Origin: Lysobacterales bacterium | GTDB lineage: Bacteria > Pseudomonadota > Gammaproteobacteria > Xanthomonadales > SZUA-5 | Length of the DNA stretch: 64,000 bases | Assembly: GCA_022844165.1 (NCBI GenBank) | Contig: JALHMH010000002.1 | Location: forward strand, 1 to 64,000 | Direction of reading: 5' to 3' | Shown here: one piece after another, positions 33,964 to 44,311 of the stretch | How the letters are laid out: every line of letters begins with the position of its first letter | How positions within the stretch are numbered: position 1 is the stretch's first letter | Notes under the pieces: model-generated | Database searches by the model: none | What the model saw: only the letters and a program-made list of their open reading frames with translations | Told to the model about the DNA's origin: nothing | Position numbers and translations under genes: made by a program

Positions 33964-34961
33964 GCGGTCAGCTTCACCAGCACGCCCGGCCGGTGACACA
34001 TCGGCAGCGGATTGCTCTGCGTGTGCAGATCGGTACCGCGCTCGAACTTGCGCGGCTCCTGCTTCGCATAGAGCGGCTGGCCGAGCGTGTTCACCGTCTC
34101 GTTGAAATCGGCCGGTGCCACGTAGGTTGCGAAGGTGTCGACCGTGCCCATCGGGAAGCAGTGCGCTTCGCCGGCGGCGATGAAGCGTCGGGTACGGCCC
34201 TCGACGTCGGTGGCCTGTCCTCGGTACTCCTCGAAGGTCAGCCCACCGAAGGTGAAGCCCGAGCGCAAGTCCTGTACCAGTCCTGCACCCTGCTGCCAGT
34301 TCTCGAAGGCCTTCTGCACCCTGTCGTGGCCCGTGAAGGCGTCGAAGAACTCGGGACTGCAGAGCACATGGGCGCCGGTCATGATCTCGCCGCGCAGGCT
34401 GTCCTCGATGTGCCGCAGCACGTCCGCACACTTGGCCTTGATGTTGGTGGTCGGCGTCGTCAGGGCGAAGCTGATCACCTTGGGCGTGATGTCGAACTCG
34501 GCATAGAGGTCGTAGAGCTCAGACCCATCGGAGTCCAGGATCACGCCCTTCAAGGCGCTCATGCGCAGATGCTCCAGCGTGATCGCATGCTTGCTGCGCA
34601 TGGTCTCCAGGTGCTGCGCGATCACGTTGGCGACGGTCTCCAGTTCAGTCTCCGACCCGAAGCCGCGGATGCCGTTGACCTCTTCCGGCAGCACCACGTC
34701 ATCGTGCGGAATGTGCGGCACGACGAACGAGCGCATCTTGCGCTTGCCGCGCACGCCTACCGTGCCCGGTGAGCCGGGCGGCAGCGTCGGCAACAGGGCC
34801 AGGACGCCGTTGCGCTCCTCGACCAGCACCTGGCGAAAGCGCACCGACTTCTCCGGCATCAGGCGCAGGGATTCCAGCTTGCCGTAGCGATTCGGGATCT
34901 GGTTGATGGCCGCCGTGAGGTTGGCCATCGAGAACGCGGGGTTGTGAAAAGGGTTCTGCAT
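33960..34961 (-). CDS. Major capsid protein (lambda gpE family)
   Basis: LTAAINQIP...TLEHLRMSALKG...QSNPLP. Confidence 0.9.
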   Translation of the reverse strand: MQNPFHNPAFSMANLTAAINQIPNRYGKLESLRLMPEKSVRFRQVLVEERNGVLALLPTLPPGSPGTVGVRGKRKMRSFVVPHIPHDDVVLPEEVNGIRGFGSETELETVANVIAQHLETMRSKHAITLEHLRMSALKGVILDSDGSELYDLYAEFDITPKVISFALTTPTTNIKAKCADVLRHIEDSLRGEIMTGAHVLCSPEFFDAFTGHDRVQKAFENWQQGAGLVQDLRSGFTFGGLTFEEYRGQATDVEGRTRRFIAAGEAHCFPMGTVDTFATYVAPADFNETVNTLGQPLYAKQEPRKFERGTDLHTQSNPLPMCHRPGVLVKLTA

Positions 34962-34962
34962 C

Positions 34963-35334
34963 TCAGACTCCAGTGCGGACCAGCACGCCCAACGCTCGCA
35001 ATTGCGCGACCGCGGTGGCCTTCTGTTCGGGGGTAATGCCGGCGGGCCACTGCAGCGCGCGGTCGGACACGATCGCGTGGCGACAGACCATCAGTGCATC
35101 GCGCTCGGCCAGGGTGGCGTCGGCATCGACGATAAGCACGCCGACCGCGACCTTGGTGCTGTCGCTGGCGGCGGGCGCCAGGGCCTTGAGGGTCCCGGTC
35201 GGCGTGAACGCGGCCACGGCGCCGAGGCGCAGGTTGGATCCGGCAGCCACAGTGACTGTGTCACGCGAGTACAACTGCGGCGCTTCGAACTTGAGCAGAT
35301 CGCCCAGGTTCTGACTTTCGAGGATGGCGGGCAT
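34963..35334 (-). CDS. Head decoration protein
   Basis: YSRDTVTVAAG; between protease and capsid genes. Confidence 0.85.
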   Translation of the reverse strand: MPAILESQNLGDLLKFEAPQLYSRDTVTVAAGSNLRLGAVAAFTPTGTLKALAPAASDSTKVAVGVLIVDADATLAERDALMVCRHAIVSDRALQWPAGITPEQKATAVAQLRALGVLVRTGV

Positions 35335-35337
35335 TGA

Positions 35338-36672
35338 TCAGCCTTTGCGCAGTTTGGCGACTGCAGCGAGTACGGGGTTATGGGTGGGCGAGGCGGCGGC
35401 CGCTGCGGGATCCGAAGGCGTGGCGCTCGTCCGATGACCCATCGGCGGCAACAGCGAGCCGATCTCGGGGCCTGCGGCCAGTTCCGACAGGAGTGTGCGA
35501 CGCACTTGGTCCACACCAGCGTTGGCGTCGAGGAAGCCGAGCGCACGGTCAGCGCGACCGGCGAGCACGCACATCTCGACGATCAGACGGGCGTCGGCGA
35601 AGCTGCGGGTGACTTGGGCCGCGGCAGTCGGTGTGGCAGGCGTAGATGGCGTAGCCGGCGCCACCTCGACCTTCTCGTTGTCCTCGTCGGGAACGTCGAT
35701 GGGCTCCGACACGTCGGGCGCGGAGGCGGGAAGAGCCGGTTTGTTCGGAAAGGGAATGTCGTTGGGTACGGTCGACATGGTGATGTCCTTGATCGTGGGG
35801 GTGGGGGTCAGCAGTGCGGTGTGATGCCCCAGCCGGCTAATCGGCTTGGGGTGCGCAAGGAACTGGGCGAACTCGGCCAGCGTGTCGTCGAAGCCGCCGA
35901 CCGCGTCGGCAAGGCCGGCGTGCACCGCGTCGTCGGCGAAGTACAAGCCGGCCTCAGTCGCACGGATCGCGTCGGTATCGAGCCCGCGCATCAGGGCAAC
36001 GTGGTCGACGAACAGGTCGTAGAGCCGATCCACCTCGCGCTGCAACCGAATCAGTGCTTCCGGCGCCAGCACCGCATGGGGCGAGAGATCGGCCTTGTGC
36101 GCGCCAGCGAGAACCGGCGTGTAGCGATAGCCCTGTTGCGCATCGCGGACGGACTGATCGATGTGCATGGCAATCACGCCGATCGAGCCGACGCCTGCGG
36201 TCCGCGTGACCACGACCCGATTGGCGGCGGCTGCGATCGCGTAGGCCGCCGACAGTGCGGAGTCGACGGCCACGGCCCAGACCGGCTTGTGCTGCGCCAG
36301 CGCGCGCACGTGCTCGGCCAGTTCGAACACGCCGCCGGCTTCGCCACCGGGTGAATCGATCTCGAGCAGAACGCCGCGGACGGCCGTATCCACGGATGCG
36401 GCCTGAAGCCGCGCCGCCAGTTCGGAGTAGCTGGTCAGGCCGGAGGCCGCTTCCAGTCCGTTGGTGCGACGGACCAGCGTGCCGAATACCGGGATCACGG
36501 CGATCGACGATTGCGTGCGCACACTCGGCGCGATGACCGGCTCGAATGCGGCAACGCTGACTTGCGGTGCGCCAACGCGCTCTCCGAGCACCGCGAGCAG
36601 AACATCGAGTTTGGCGCGCGCGAGCAGCAGTGGCGTGCCGATCAATCGGCCCGCCAGATGAGGAAGGAACAT
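35338..36672 (-). CDS. S49 prohead protease with scaffold C-terminus
   Basis: IDSPGGE, SAAYAIA, GSIGV motifs; low-complexity C-terminus. Confidence 0.92.
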   Translation of the reverse strand: MFLPHLAGRLIGTPLLLARAKLDVLLAVLGERVGAPQVSVAAFEPVIAPSVRTQSSIAVIPVFGTLVRRTNGLEAASGLTSYSELAARLQAASVDTAVRGVLLEIDSPGGEAGGVFELAEHVRALAQHKPVWAVAVDSALSAAYAIAAAANRVVVTRTAGVGSIGVIAMHIDQSVRDAQQGYRYTPVLAGAHKADLSPHAVLAPEALIRLQREVDRLYDLFVDHVALMRGLDTDAIRATEAGLYFADDAVHAGLADAVGGFDDTLAEFAQFLAHPKPISRLGHHTALLTPTPTIKDITMSTVPNDIPFPNKPALPASAPDVSEPIDVPDEDNEKVEVAPATPSTPATPTAAAQVTRSFADARLIVEMCVLAGRADRALGFLDANAGVDQVRRTLLSELAAGPEIGSLLPPMGHRTSATPSDPAAAAASPTHNPVLAAVAKLRKG

Positions 36673-36675
36673 GGT

Positions 36676-38163
36676 TCAGGCGCCTGGGATAGATGTGGTG
36701 TCGGACAAACGCTCGGGGTCGCGGCGCGGATCGGTATCGAGCACCAAGCCGAGTTGATCTGCGCGCTGGTTGTCGGCGGCGATCTCGCGATCGATGTCTT
36801 CGGCGTCGTAGCCGAAGGCGCTGATCGCTTCCGAGCGGCTGAGCAGCCCGCCACGAATCGCGGTCTTCACCGCGTTGAACTCTTTCTGCGGATCCACCCA
36901 CTGCCAGCCTTGCGGGATCCATTTGACCGCCTGCATCTCACGCTGCCGGCGCGCGTAGTCAGCGATCGGCAATGACCCTTCCAGCACAACCTGGGTCATC
37001 CAGGCCTTCCAGATCGGGCGGCACAACTGGTGCACGATCACGCCGTGCTGGATCGCCTCGACCCGGCGCCGAAACTCCAGCAGGCCGGCGCGAATCGAGC
37101 TGTAGTTCACCTGGGTCAGGTCCCCGGTGAGTTGCTCGTAGGTCACGCCCATCGCCGCCGCCACCGCGCGGAACTGCATGCGCAGGAATTCGGCATAGCT
37201 TGCGCCCACATCGGCGGGCTGGCTGAACTTGACGTCCTCACCCGCCTCCAGGATCTGCATCGTCCCCGGCTCCAGACCCGCCAGCGCGATGCCGCTCGCA
37301 TCCGCCAGGCCTTCGCCGATCAACGGGTCCTCGGGCTGCACGCGCGTGATGAACCCAGCGAACATCGCCGCCGTCTTCTTGCGGACCAGTTCTGCATCGT
37401 CGTACTGATCCAACTCATTGAGCTTGACCAGCGCGCGGGCCAGCCAGGGCTCGCCGCGGATCTGCCCCGGACGCAGCGGACGGAACAGATGCACGATCTC
37501 CTGCGCCGGGACGCGCACGGTCTCGGAGCCGCTGCTGGTCGACATCGGCGCCAGCGCACCGTCTTCCGAATGCTGGCGGTAGAGGTGATAAGCCACGCGG
37601 CGGCCGAGCGCATCGAACTCGATGCCCGCACGAATGGTGTTCCCGGTCGCGGTGCTCGTGTTCAACGTCACCGGCAAATGTTCCGGTTCGAGCAGTTGCA
37701 GTTGCAGACCTACGACCAGACCGTCCTCCGGTCGTCGTGGACGCAGGCGAATCAGACACTCGCCACCCTCGAGCATGGCCCGGCACGCGAGTGCTTGAAG
37801 CCCGTAGAAGTCAGTGAGCCCTGCGGCGTCGGCTTCGGCGACCCACGCCGACCACAAGCGATGAATGGCCTCGCGCAGCGTCTGATCGGCCACCATCGAC
37901 TGCGGCTTGATGCCGGTGCCGATCGCGTTGGACACATAGGACTCCAGTGCGGCATTGGCCCAGGCATTGCGCCGCGCGATGTCGCGACTCTTGGCGCGCA
38001 ACTCGGTCTGCGTCGCCAGCATCGCGGCCACGGCGCCCGGGTTGCCAGGCGACCAGGCCAGCGAGCGCCGACCGCGGCCAGCGGCGTCATGCACGGGAAG
38101 TCCGAGCCACTTGCGGGTGGTTTGCGCGACGCTGGCCAACCAGCCGCGGGACGGGCGCGCCAT
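36676..38163 (-). CDS. Portal protein, lambda family
   Basis: RPGQIRGEPW, VNYSSIRAGL, WVDPQKE. Confidence 0.93.
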   Translation of the reverse strand: MARPSRGWLASVAQTTRKWLGLPVHDAAGRGRRSLAWSPGNPGAVAAMLATQTELRAKSRDIARRNAWANAALESYVSNAIGTGIKPQSMVADQTLREAIHRLWSAWVAEADAAGLTDFYGLQALACRAMLEGGECLIRLRPRRPEDGLVVGLQLQLLEPEHLPVTLNTSTATGNTIRAGIEFDALGRRVAYHLYRQHSEDGALAPMSTSSGSETVRVPAQEIVHLFRPLRPGQIRGEPWLARALVKLNELDQYDDAELVRKKTAAMFAGFITRVQPEDPLIGEGLADASGIALAGLEPGTMQILEAGEDVKFSQPADVGASYAEFLRMQFRAVAAAMGVTYEQLTGDLTQVNYSSIRAGLLEFRRRVEAIQHGVIVHQLCRPIWKAWMTQVVLEGSLPIADYARRQREMQAVKWIPQGWQWVDPQKEFNAVKTAIRGGLLSRSEAISAFGYDAEDIDREIAADNQRADQLGLVLDTDPRRDPERLSDTTSIPGA

Positions 38164-38384
38164 CACAGCCCCTTGCTGGTCGTCACGCGGATCTGCCGCG
38201 GCGCGCCCGGCCACAGCCCGCTGTCCCGCGCCTGCTCAAACAATCCGCGCTTGACCTCGCGGATCGCCGCCTTGAGCTCCTCGACCGAGCGGTACTCAAC
38301 CATCTTGTCCTCGAAACGCACGCGACTCTCGCCGCGCGCGAGGGCCTGCTCAAGCGCAGCGAGGTGGGCTTCGGTGTAGGCCAT
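38163..38384 (-). CDS. gpW-like head-tail adaptor
   Basis: 73 aa, VEYRSVEELKAAI, immediately before the portal gene. Confidence 0.8.
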   Translation of the reverse strand: MAYTEAHLAALEQALARGESRVRFEDKMVEYRSVEELKAAIREVKRGLFEQARDSGLWPGAPRQIRVTTSKGL

Positions 38385-38827
38385 CAGGCGTAAACCACGA
38401 CATTCACTTCCGCCGAATCCACCGGTGTGCCGCTGGTGGTGACCACCGACAGTTCGAGTGATTGCGCCGTCTTGGCGTCGCCACGGACTCGTGCGATGGC
38501 CAGCTTGATCGACGTCTGTTGCCCGCCATTGCGCGCGAATGCCTGCCAGCAGTAGTCCGCGTAGGGCATTTCCGCCTGGAAATGCACCCGATAGCGACCG
38601 ACGCCCTGGCGTTCGACGCGTGCGATGTTGAATCCGGATCGAAGCACAGCGACCTGCGCTTGCGTGGCAAAGCAGGCCCAGGCCTTGGCCACGCCGGGAT
38701 GTCCCGGCGTGACCACGGTCTCACCCGGCGGAAGGCGCCCTTCGAGAGCGCCGATCCGCTGGCGAGCAGCCTTGAGCTCGAGCGCAATCCGCGTTGCCAG
38801 ACTCGCGATGTTGCGAACGAGGCTCAT
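38384..38827 (-). CDS. Hypothetical virion-associated protein
   Basis: MSLVRNIASLA; AKAWACF...GVGRYRVHF fibre-like C-terminus. Confidence 0.65.
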   Translation of the reverse strand: MSLVRNIASLATRIALELKAARQRIGALEGRLPPGETVVTPGHPGVAKAWACFATQAQVAVLRSGFNIARVERQGVGRYRVHFQAEMPYADYCWQAFARNGGQQTSIKLAIARVRGDAKTAQSLELSVVTTSGTPVDSAEVNVVVYA

Positions 38828-38831
38828 CGGC

Positions 38832-39338
38832 TCAGGCCGCCAGCGCGTCGCGGAACACGACGACGAAGTCGACCTCGGTGTCGCCGACCGCCTCAGCCGA
38901 GACCGCGCCGATGTTCTGGCGGGCCTGCGCCTGGGAATCGACGGTGAGGTCCTGCGGCTCGTCGAAGCGCACACGCGACTCCAGCGCACGCGTCAGCGCA
39001 GCGATGCCCGAGGCGTCGCCGGCCAGCGCATCCTGAAGTTCCTTCAGCGTGTCGAAGGCGCCGTCGGCACCGCCCAGGATGTCAGCCTTGAGTTGGTCGA
39101 GGCGGCGGACAATGCCGGACGCGGAGAAGGTGGTGCTGACGGCGTTCGGGTTCTCGTCGTCGATGATGTTCAAGCCCGGCGTGACATCGATCAGCGCGCG
39201 GACTTCGTTGATCGCGGCCACCAGGTTCGACTGGTCGCGCGTGGTGAGTTCGGTGGGATTGCCAAGATCGCGGCGGATGGCCTTGAACTCGGCGGCGAGT
39301 CGGAGAATCAGGGATTCGATACGGGAGACGAGCGACAT
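38832..39338 (-). CDS. Hypothetical virion-associated protein
   Basis: NLVAAINEV and GADGAFDTLKELQDAL motifs resemble fibre proteins. Confidence 0.7.
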   Translation of the reverse strand: MSLVSRIESLILRLAAEFKAIRRDLGNPTELTTRDQSNLVAAINEVRALIDVTPGLNIIDDENPNAVSTTFSASGIVRRLDQLKADILGGADGAFDTLKELQDALAGDASGIAALTRALESRVRFDEPQDLTVDSQAQARQNIGAVSAEAVGDTEVDFVVVFRDALAA

Positions 39339-39378
39339 GGGTGTTGGTAGTCCTGTGGTGTGGGATTGAGGATCTGGC

Positions 39379-41334
39379 TCAGCTTCCGCCCAGCCAGCGA
39401 CTGCGAATCAGGCGTCGGCCCGATCGCTTCGTGGCGGTAGCGGCCCGGTCGGCCAGATCGGCGACCGGGAGTTCGGTGGATGACAAAGGAGTGATGCGTT
39501 CGGCGACGCCAAGCTGGCGCTGCAGTTCGATCCAATGGCGCTCTTCGAAGCGATCAAGACCCGCCGCAGCGGCAGCGGCTCGGGCGTAGACCAGGCAGTC
39601 CAGCGCCTCGTTGCGCTCGCGCAGCTTCTGCCACTCCCTCACGGGAAAGCCGTTGCGATTGCGCCGGGTGACCAGCTGCTCGGCGCAGAGTTGCTGCACG
39701 AACTCAGCGTCGACTTTCGGCAGGTGGATGTAGCCGGGTGGATAGGCCACGTCGCCCTGAGCGTCGGTCTCGACGGACTTCTTCAGACACGTCGTGATCT
39801 CGAGCTTGGCGATGCCGGTGGCCACCGCGTACACCTTGATGCCGCGCTTTAGCTTCTTTCCGCCGACGCTGATATCGACCGCAGTGGGCGTGCCGATCAA
39901 TGCAGCGCCCCGCGCCACGCCCTTGACCGCCATCAGTCGCGCATCCTTGCGGGCGCGGACGAAGGCGTAGACCTGTTGGGTGGCGAATCCGGAGTCGATC
40001 GCGAAGCGCGCCAGCGGAACCTCGGCGCCGCTCTCGTGGGTCCAGCGCTCGTCGATCAGCTCGGCGAGTTGCTTCCACACCGCATCGTGATGGGTCTCGC
40101 CCATCATCACGCGATGCTCGATCAGCCAACATTCCTTGCCAGGTCCGTAGGCCCAGATCGAGGCTTCGATGCGGTCTTTCTGGATGTCCGCCGCACCTAC
40201 AAGCAGCAGTCCACTCGCGGGGATGCGACCGATCGGGTAGTCCTCACGCCGCTCCAGCAGACGCTGCCAATCGGGTGCATCGCCGTCCTCGACCCAGGTC
40301 TCACCGAGTTCGGTGTTCTTGAAGGTCTTCAGCGCATTGGCGGAACCCTGCGCGGCTTCCCAAGCGGCGGCAATCTGCGCCCAACTTCGCCAACCGAGCG
40401 GCGAGTACAGCGAGGACAGATGGAAGCCGACAGTCTTGCTCGCAGGTTTCTCGGCGGTCGCCCGCCAAGATCCGGCGCCGAGCATCGCCGTCTTGTGGTG
40501 CTCCGCGATCGGCTCGGCGCACGACTCGCAGTGGTAGCGAACCGATTGCGGCTGGCCCCAGTCCCAGCGCAACTGCTCGAAGCGCAGGTGCTGGGCGTGC
40601 CCACAATGCGGACACGGCACGAAGTAGCGGCGCTGATCCGATGCCTCGAACTCGCGCTCAACCGCTGACGCATCGGCGATGGTTGGCGTCGAGACGATGA
40701 AGATCTTGCGCCGCGCGAAGGTACGCGTGCGCGCTTCGGCCAGTTGAATCGCATCGCCTTCGCCCTCGACGTCGCGCGGATAACCGTCGACCTCGTCGAG
40801 AAACAGGTAGCGCACTGGCATCGAGCGCAAACCCACCGCTGAGTTGGCGCCGGTGAGCACCAGCACGCCGCCCCGAAACTCCTTGGCGAGCACCGTGTTG
40901 CCCGCATCGCGCGAGCGCGACGGTGCGATCAAGGTGCGCAGCGCCGGGCTCTCCTCGATCAGCGGATCGATCCGCTGCTTTGAGTAGCGCTTGGCCATCT
41001 CGACGGTCGGCGCCACCGCCATCATCGGACCAGGCGCCAGGTGGATCACGTAGCCGATCAGGTTGATCAGGGCTTCGGTGCCGCCGACCTGACTGCCCTT
41101 CATGAACACCACGCGCTCGACCGGGCTGGTGGGCGACAGGCAATCCATGATGTCGCGCAGATACGGTGTGCGATTGGTGCGCCAGCGCCCCGGCTCGGAA
41201 GCCGACTTGCTCGACAGCATCCGGTGTCGATCCGCCCAGTCCGACACCGAGAGCGTCGGGTCCGGCGTCAGCCCTTCGCGCCACGCCTGTTCGATCGCCT
41301 GCTCGGCATCGACTTCCACAGCGGGCCCGCTCAT
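39379..41334 (-). CDS. Terminase large subunit (lambda gpA family)
   Basis: KGSQVGGTE, LFLDEVDGY, STPT, VPCPHCG, NEALDC. Confidence 0.95.
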   Translation of the reverse strand: MSGPAVEVDAEQAIEQAWREGLTPDPTLSVSDWADRHRMLSSKSASEPGRWRTNRTPYLRDIMDCLSPTSPVERVVFMKGSQVGGTEALINLIGYVIHLAPGPMMAVAPTVEMAKRYSKQRIDPLIEESPALRTLIAPSRSRDAGNTVLAKEFRGGVLVLTGANSAVGLRSMPVRYLFLDEVDGYPRDVEGEGDAIQLAEARTRTFARRKIFIVSTPTIADASAVEREFEASDQRRYFVPCPHCGHAQHLRFEQLRWDWGQPQSVRYHCESCAEPIAEHHKTAMLGAGSWRATAEKPASKTVGFHLSSLYSPLGWRSWAQIAAAWEAAQGSANALKTFKNTELGETWVEDGDAPDWQRLLERREDYPIGRIPASGLLLVGAADIQKDRIEASIWAYGPGKECWLIEHRVMMGETHHDAVWKQLAELIDERWTHESGAEVPLARFAIDSGFATQQVYAFVRARKDARLMAVKGVARGAALIGTPTAVDISVGGKKLKRGIKVYAVATGIAKLEITTCLKKSVETDAQGDVAYPPGYIHLPKVDAEFVQQLCAEQLVTRRNRNGFPVREWQKLRERNEALDCLVYARAAAAAAGLDRFEERHWIELQRQLGVAERITPLSSTELPVADLADRAATATKRSGRRLIRSRWLGGS

Positions 41335-41870
41335 CCGTCAATCCGAATCGAGAGCGTGCCCAACTCCTCGAGGTGCCGGCGGACTTCGCGTTCGATCAGC
41401 ACATGCACCTGATGCGCATCGCAGCCGAGTTCGGCGGCCATCTGCGCCGAGATGCGCGCGGGCCAGTTCAGCCACGCATCGCGCTCCGTGCGCGCGAGCT
41501 TGAACACGTGCGCGATGGCCTGGTTGCGGTCGACCAGTTCGCCCTTGAGGCGAGCCAGTCGCACCTTGTTCGTTTGCGCCTTGACCACCTCGTTGACCGT
41601 GCGCGCCTGGAGCAACGACGCGCCACCGGTCGGCAACGTGGCAGTGGCATCGCCAGTCGGCGCGCTGTCGGCCGGTACGGGCGCACGTGCGGCCTGTGCG
41701 CGTGTGCCCACGCGTGGTGCCTCGGTGTTGCGCGACCACTGCGCATCGGCGCGCGCGGCGTCGAGCGTGCCGTCGGCCTCTGGCGTGATGCGCCCCGCAG
41801 TGATGGCTTTGCGGACCGCGGCGTCTGACACGCCTCGGTGGCGCGCATACGCGCGGATCGACAGTCCCAT
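41331..41870 (-). CDS. Terminase small subunit-like protein
   Basis: N-terminal HTH SIRAYARHRGVS, LKGELVD coiled coil, overlaps terL. Confidence 0.8.
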   Translation of the reverse strand: MGLSIRAYARHRGVSDAAVRKAITAGRITPEADGTLDAARADAQWSRNTEAPRVGTRAQAARAPVPADSAPTGDATATLPTGGASLLQARTVNEVVKAQTNKVRLARLKGELVDRNQAIAHVFKLARTERDAWLNWPARISAQMAAELGCDAHQVHVLIEREVRRHLEELGTLSIRIDG

Positions 41871-41982
41871 CGGCTCTTTTCAATCCAGACAAACGTTCGA
41901 CGAAAAGCGCTTGGCTTCACTCCCGAACAGCGTGTTCATGTGTCCCGCAGCAAGCACATCCACGCCACCACGGAGCACCTCC

Positions 41983-42234
41983 ATGAGCACGACAACCCGC
42001 GACCGCCAGGAGATCGTCGATGAACTCGGCGAGATCCAGTCGCAGATCCTCGAACTGGTCGAGCAGGCCCGCGCACTCCTGCGCAACAACCAATACCAGG
42101 GGGCGCTGGCGCGCGCCGAGTCCTACTGGATCGCGCACGTCACCACCGCGATCAGCAACAACCACGGCTACCTCGGCAAATCGATGGTGAGCCTGCAGGA
42201 CACCATCGAGGAAATCGAGAACGACGAAGACTGA
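41983..42234 (+). CDS. Small acidic hypothetical protein
   Basis: 83 aa, RBS, followed by a GC hairpin at 42243-42267. Confidence 0.75.
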   Translation: MSTTTRDRQEIVDELGEIQSQILELVEQARALLRNNQYQGALARAESYWIAHVTTAISNNHGYLGKSMVSLQDTIEEIENDED

Positions 42235-42350
42235 CGCCCTGCGCCGGGCGGGGACCTCCCGCCCGGCCTGGTCATCGGATTGCGCTTGGCTTCACCCGCG
42301 AACAGCGCGTTTATCACGCACCACACCCAACCCAACCACGGAGCACCACC

Positions 42351-42941
42351 ATGAGCGCGAATCCACTGACCCCCGCCCAACACTTCATCCTGGCCGCCGC
42401 CATCGAACACACCGACGGCCGCATCGAACGCTTCCCGGACAACATCAAGGGTGGCGCGCGCAGCAAGGTGCTGGACGGCCTCTTTAATCGCGCACTGATC
42501 ACGCCCAACGGCGATGGCTGGAGCGTCGCCGCCGAAGGCTACGACGCACTGGGCGCGCCGCGTCCACGTGCCAACGCGCGGCGGATCTCCATCTTCGAAG
42601 CCAAACTGGACGCGATCATCGCCGCCGCCGAAGGAACGGACGCGCCGGAAGCCCATCGCGAGCCCGACGACGTCGCCATCGAAGGCGAAGTTGCCACCGC
42701 CGAGGCGTCCTTCACGGCCCCAGCCACGACGCCGCGCACGCGCGAGAACAGCAAGCAGGCGGAGGTCATCCGCATGCTCCGCCGCCCCGAAGGCGCGACG
42801 ATCCGCCAGATCTGCGAGGCCACCGGATGGCAGCAGCACACGGTGCGCGGGACGTTTGCCGGCGCCTTCAAGAAGAAGCTCGGCATGACCCTGACCTCCG
42901 ATAAGCACCCGGGCGCAGAACGGGTCTACCGCGCCGCCTGA
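42351..42941 (+). CDS. DUF3489-domain (winged-helix-like) protein
   Basis: SKQAEVIRMLRRPEGATI...GWQQHTVRG. Confidence 0.85.
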   Translation: MSANPLTPAQHFILAAAIEHTDGRIERFPDNIKGGARSKVLDGLFNRALITPNGDGWSVAAEGYDALGAPRPRANARRISIFEAKLDAIIAAAEGTDAPEAHREPDDVAIEGEVATAEASFTAPATTPRTRENSKQAEVIRMLRRPEGATIRQICEATGWQQHTVRGTFAGAFKKKLGMTLTSDKHPGAERVYRAA

Positions 42942-43032
42942 AACAGGATCGGGAAGCCGGGCGAAAACGCTTGGCTTCCCGATTGAACAGCGCGTTCATG
43001 GGCTCGTCGCCAAACCACTCCGGAGCCCCGCC

Positions 43033-43245
43033 ATGAGCACCACCGACCTCTTCACCCGCATCGCCCAGACGCATCTTTCCATCGAAACCCTGGAGACGCG
43101 CCACCGCGACAGCCTGGACTTTCACGACGTCGGCGTCTGGTGCGTGCGTGACGCCCTGCAGGCCGCGTACGACGCTGGACTGGCGGAAGGCCGCAGGAAC
43201 GCCACGGCAGCGCGCGTTGCGGCGACGGCCGAGTCCAAGCAATAG
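43033..43245 (+). CDS. DUF6900-like small protein
   Basis: IETLETRHRDSLDFHDVGVW...AL.AAY.AG. Confidence 0.8.
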   Translation: MSTTDLFTRIAQTHLSIETLETRHRDSLDFHDVGVWCVRDALQAAYDAGLAEGRRNATAARVAATAESKQ

Positions 43246-43310
43246 ATGCTTGGCTTCGGACGCGAACAGCGCGTTCATGTCCCTACACCACCACAACCAC
43301 GGAGCGCCCC

Positions 43311-43631
43311 ATGATTGAGAACTTGAAAGTCCGATTCGTCCGCAAGCCGCAAGACCTCGACGACGTGCTCGGGAGCATCCACGGCGAGTGGGCGAATCGC
43401 ATCGAGATCCAAACGCGCAAGGCGCTGACCGAAGTCGAGTACGACGAGTTCGCCAGCACCCCGCTCGCAGACCGCGAATGGCTGGCGGGACTGGGTGGCT
43501 ACCTCGAAGGCAGCGGGCGCCGCGTCGTCGAGGTGACGGCGCCGAATCGCACCACGCTCTATGTCGACCCTTCCGGATCGACCTACGGGCGCTACGTTGG
43601 CCTCCGCGTCGACTGGGGGCCCGTGCCATGA
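43311..43631 (+). CDS. Hypothetical protein
   Basis: RBS plus repeat motif; ends YVDPSGSTYGRYVG. Confidence 0.75.
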   Translation: MIENLKVRFVRKPQDLDDVLGSIHGEWANRIEIQTRKALTEVEYDEFASTPLADREWLAGLGGYLEGSGRRVVEVTAPNRTTLYVDPSGSTYGRYVGLRVDWGPVP

Positions 43632-43840
43632 CGAGCAACGTGGATTTTCATCTGCAGCAACTGCACCCCTTGGTCGGCGGCACCATCACCGCATTGGCCC
43701 GAACCGGCCCCGGCGAAGACGCCTTCGAGGAAGAGTTCTTCGGGCTGGTCGTCACGCTGCCGAACGGCCAGCGACGGACGCTGATTCTGCTGTCCGATGC
43801 CGAGGGCAACGGCCCGGGGAGTTTCGAGATCGTCGATTGA
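43628..43840 (+). CDS. Small acidic hypothetical protein
   Basis: ATGA overlap; ends SDAEGNGPGSFEIVD. Confidence 0.7.
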   Translation: MTSNVDFHLQQLHPLVGGTITALARTGPGEDAFEEEFFGLVVTLPNGQRRTLILLSDAEGNGPGSFEIVD

Positions 43841-43945
43841 ACGAGCTCGAACTTGTTCGAAGATTCTCCGGCAGAACGCTTGGCTTTGAGGTCGAACAGC
43901 GCGTTCATGGGCTCGTCGCCACCCACCCACGCCAAGGAGTCCACC

Positions 43946-44311
43946 ATGACCCAGACCGCCAACATCCCCGCCAGCCGCAACGAAGGCTGGGGCCTATACG
44001 GCACGATGAACGAGCATGCCGAGGCCGCATGGCCACTGGCCATGAGCGCCGTCGCCAACGCCACCGGCGAGTCCCTCGACACCGTGCGCGCGTTTCTCGA
44101 CAGCCGATTTGGCCGCCACTACGCCGACAGCGTCCTGGATGCTTTCGACGACAGCCGCAGCCTGACAGACGCCATCGACGCCGCCACGCGCAAGTGGATG
44201 GAGTGGACGATTGACCGCCATACCAGCAGGAACTACGGCATCCCGCGCGGGCTGCCTTACCTGACAGGCTTTGTGATCCACTGCGGAATCTGCGACGAAA
44301 TGGCCGCCTGA
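43946..44311 (+). CDS. Hypothetical protein
   Basis: AAGGAG RBS; FLDSRFGRHYAD. Confidence 0.75.
   Translation: MTQTANIPASRNEGWGLYGTMNEHAEAAWPLAMSAVANATGESLDTVRAFLDSRFGRHYADSVLDAFDDSRSLTDAIDAATRKWMEWTIDRHTSRNYGIPRGLPYLTGFVIHCGICDEMAA

Larger units (their letters stand above)
41909..43908 (+). promoter_or_regulatory. Five copies of GCTTGGCTT-N7-GAACAGCGYGTTYAT
   Basis: Copies at 41909-41939, 42284-42314, 42969-42999, 43248-43278, 43878-43908, each 32-43 nt before an ATG with a GGAG RBS. Confidence 0.9.

Noticed and set aside
41909-43908. CRISPR array or integron attC array
   Set aside because: Spacing is irregular (about 280-690 bp), the intervals are genes, and no cas genes, integron integrase or attC-like structure are visible
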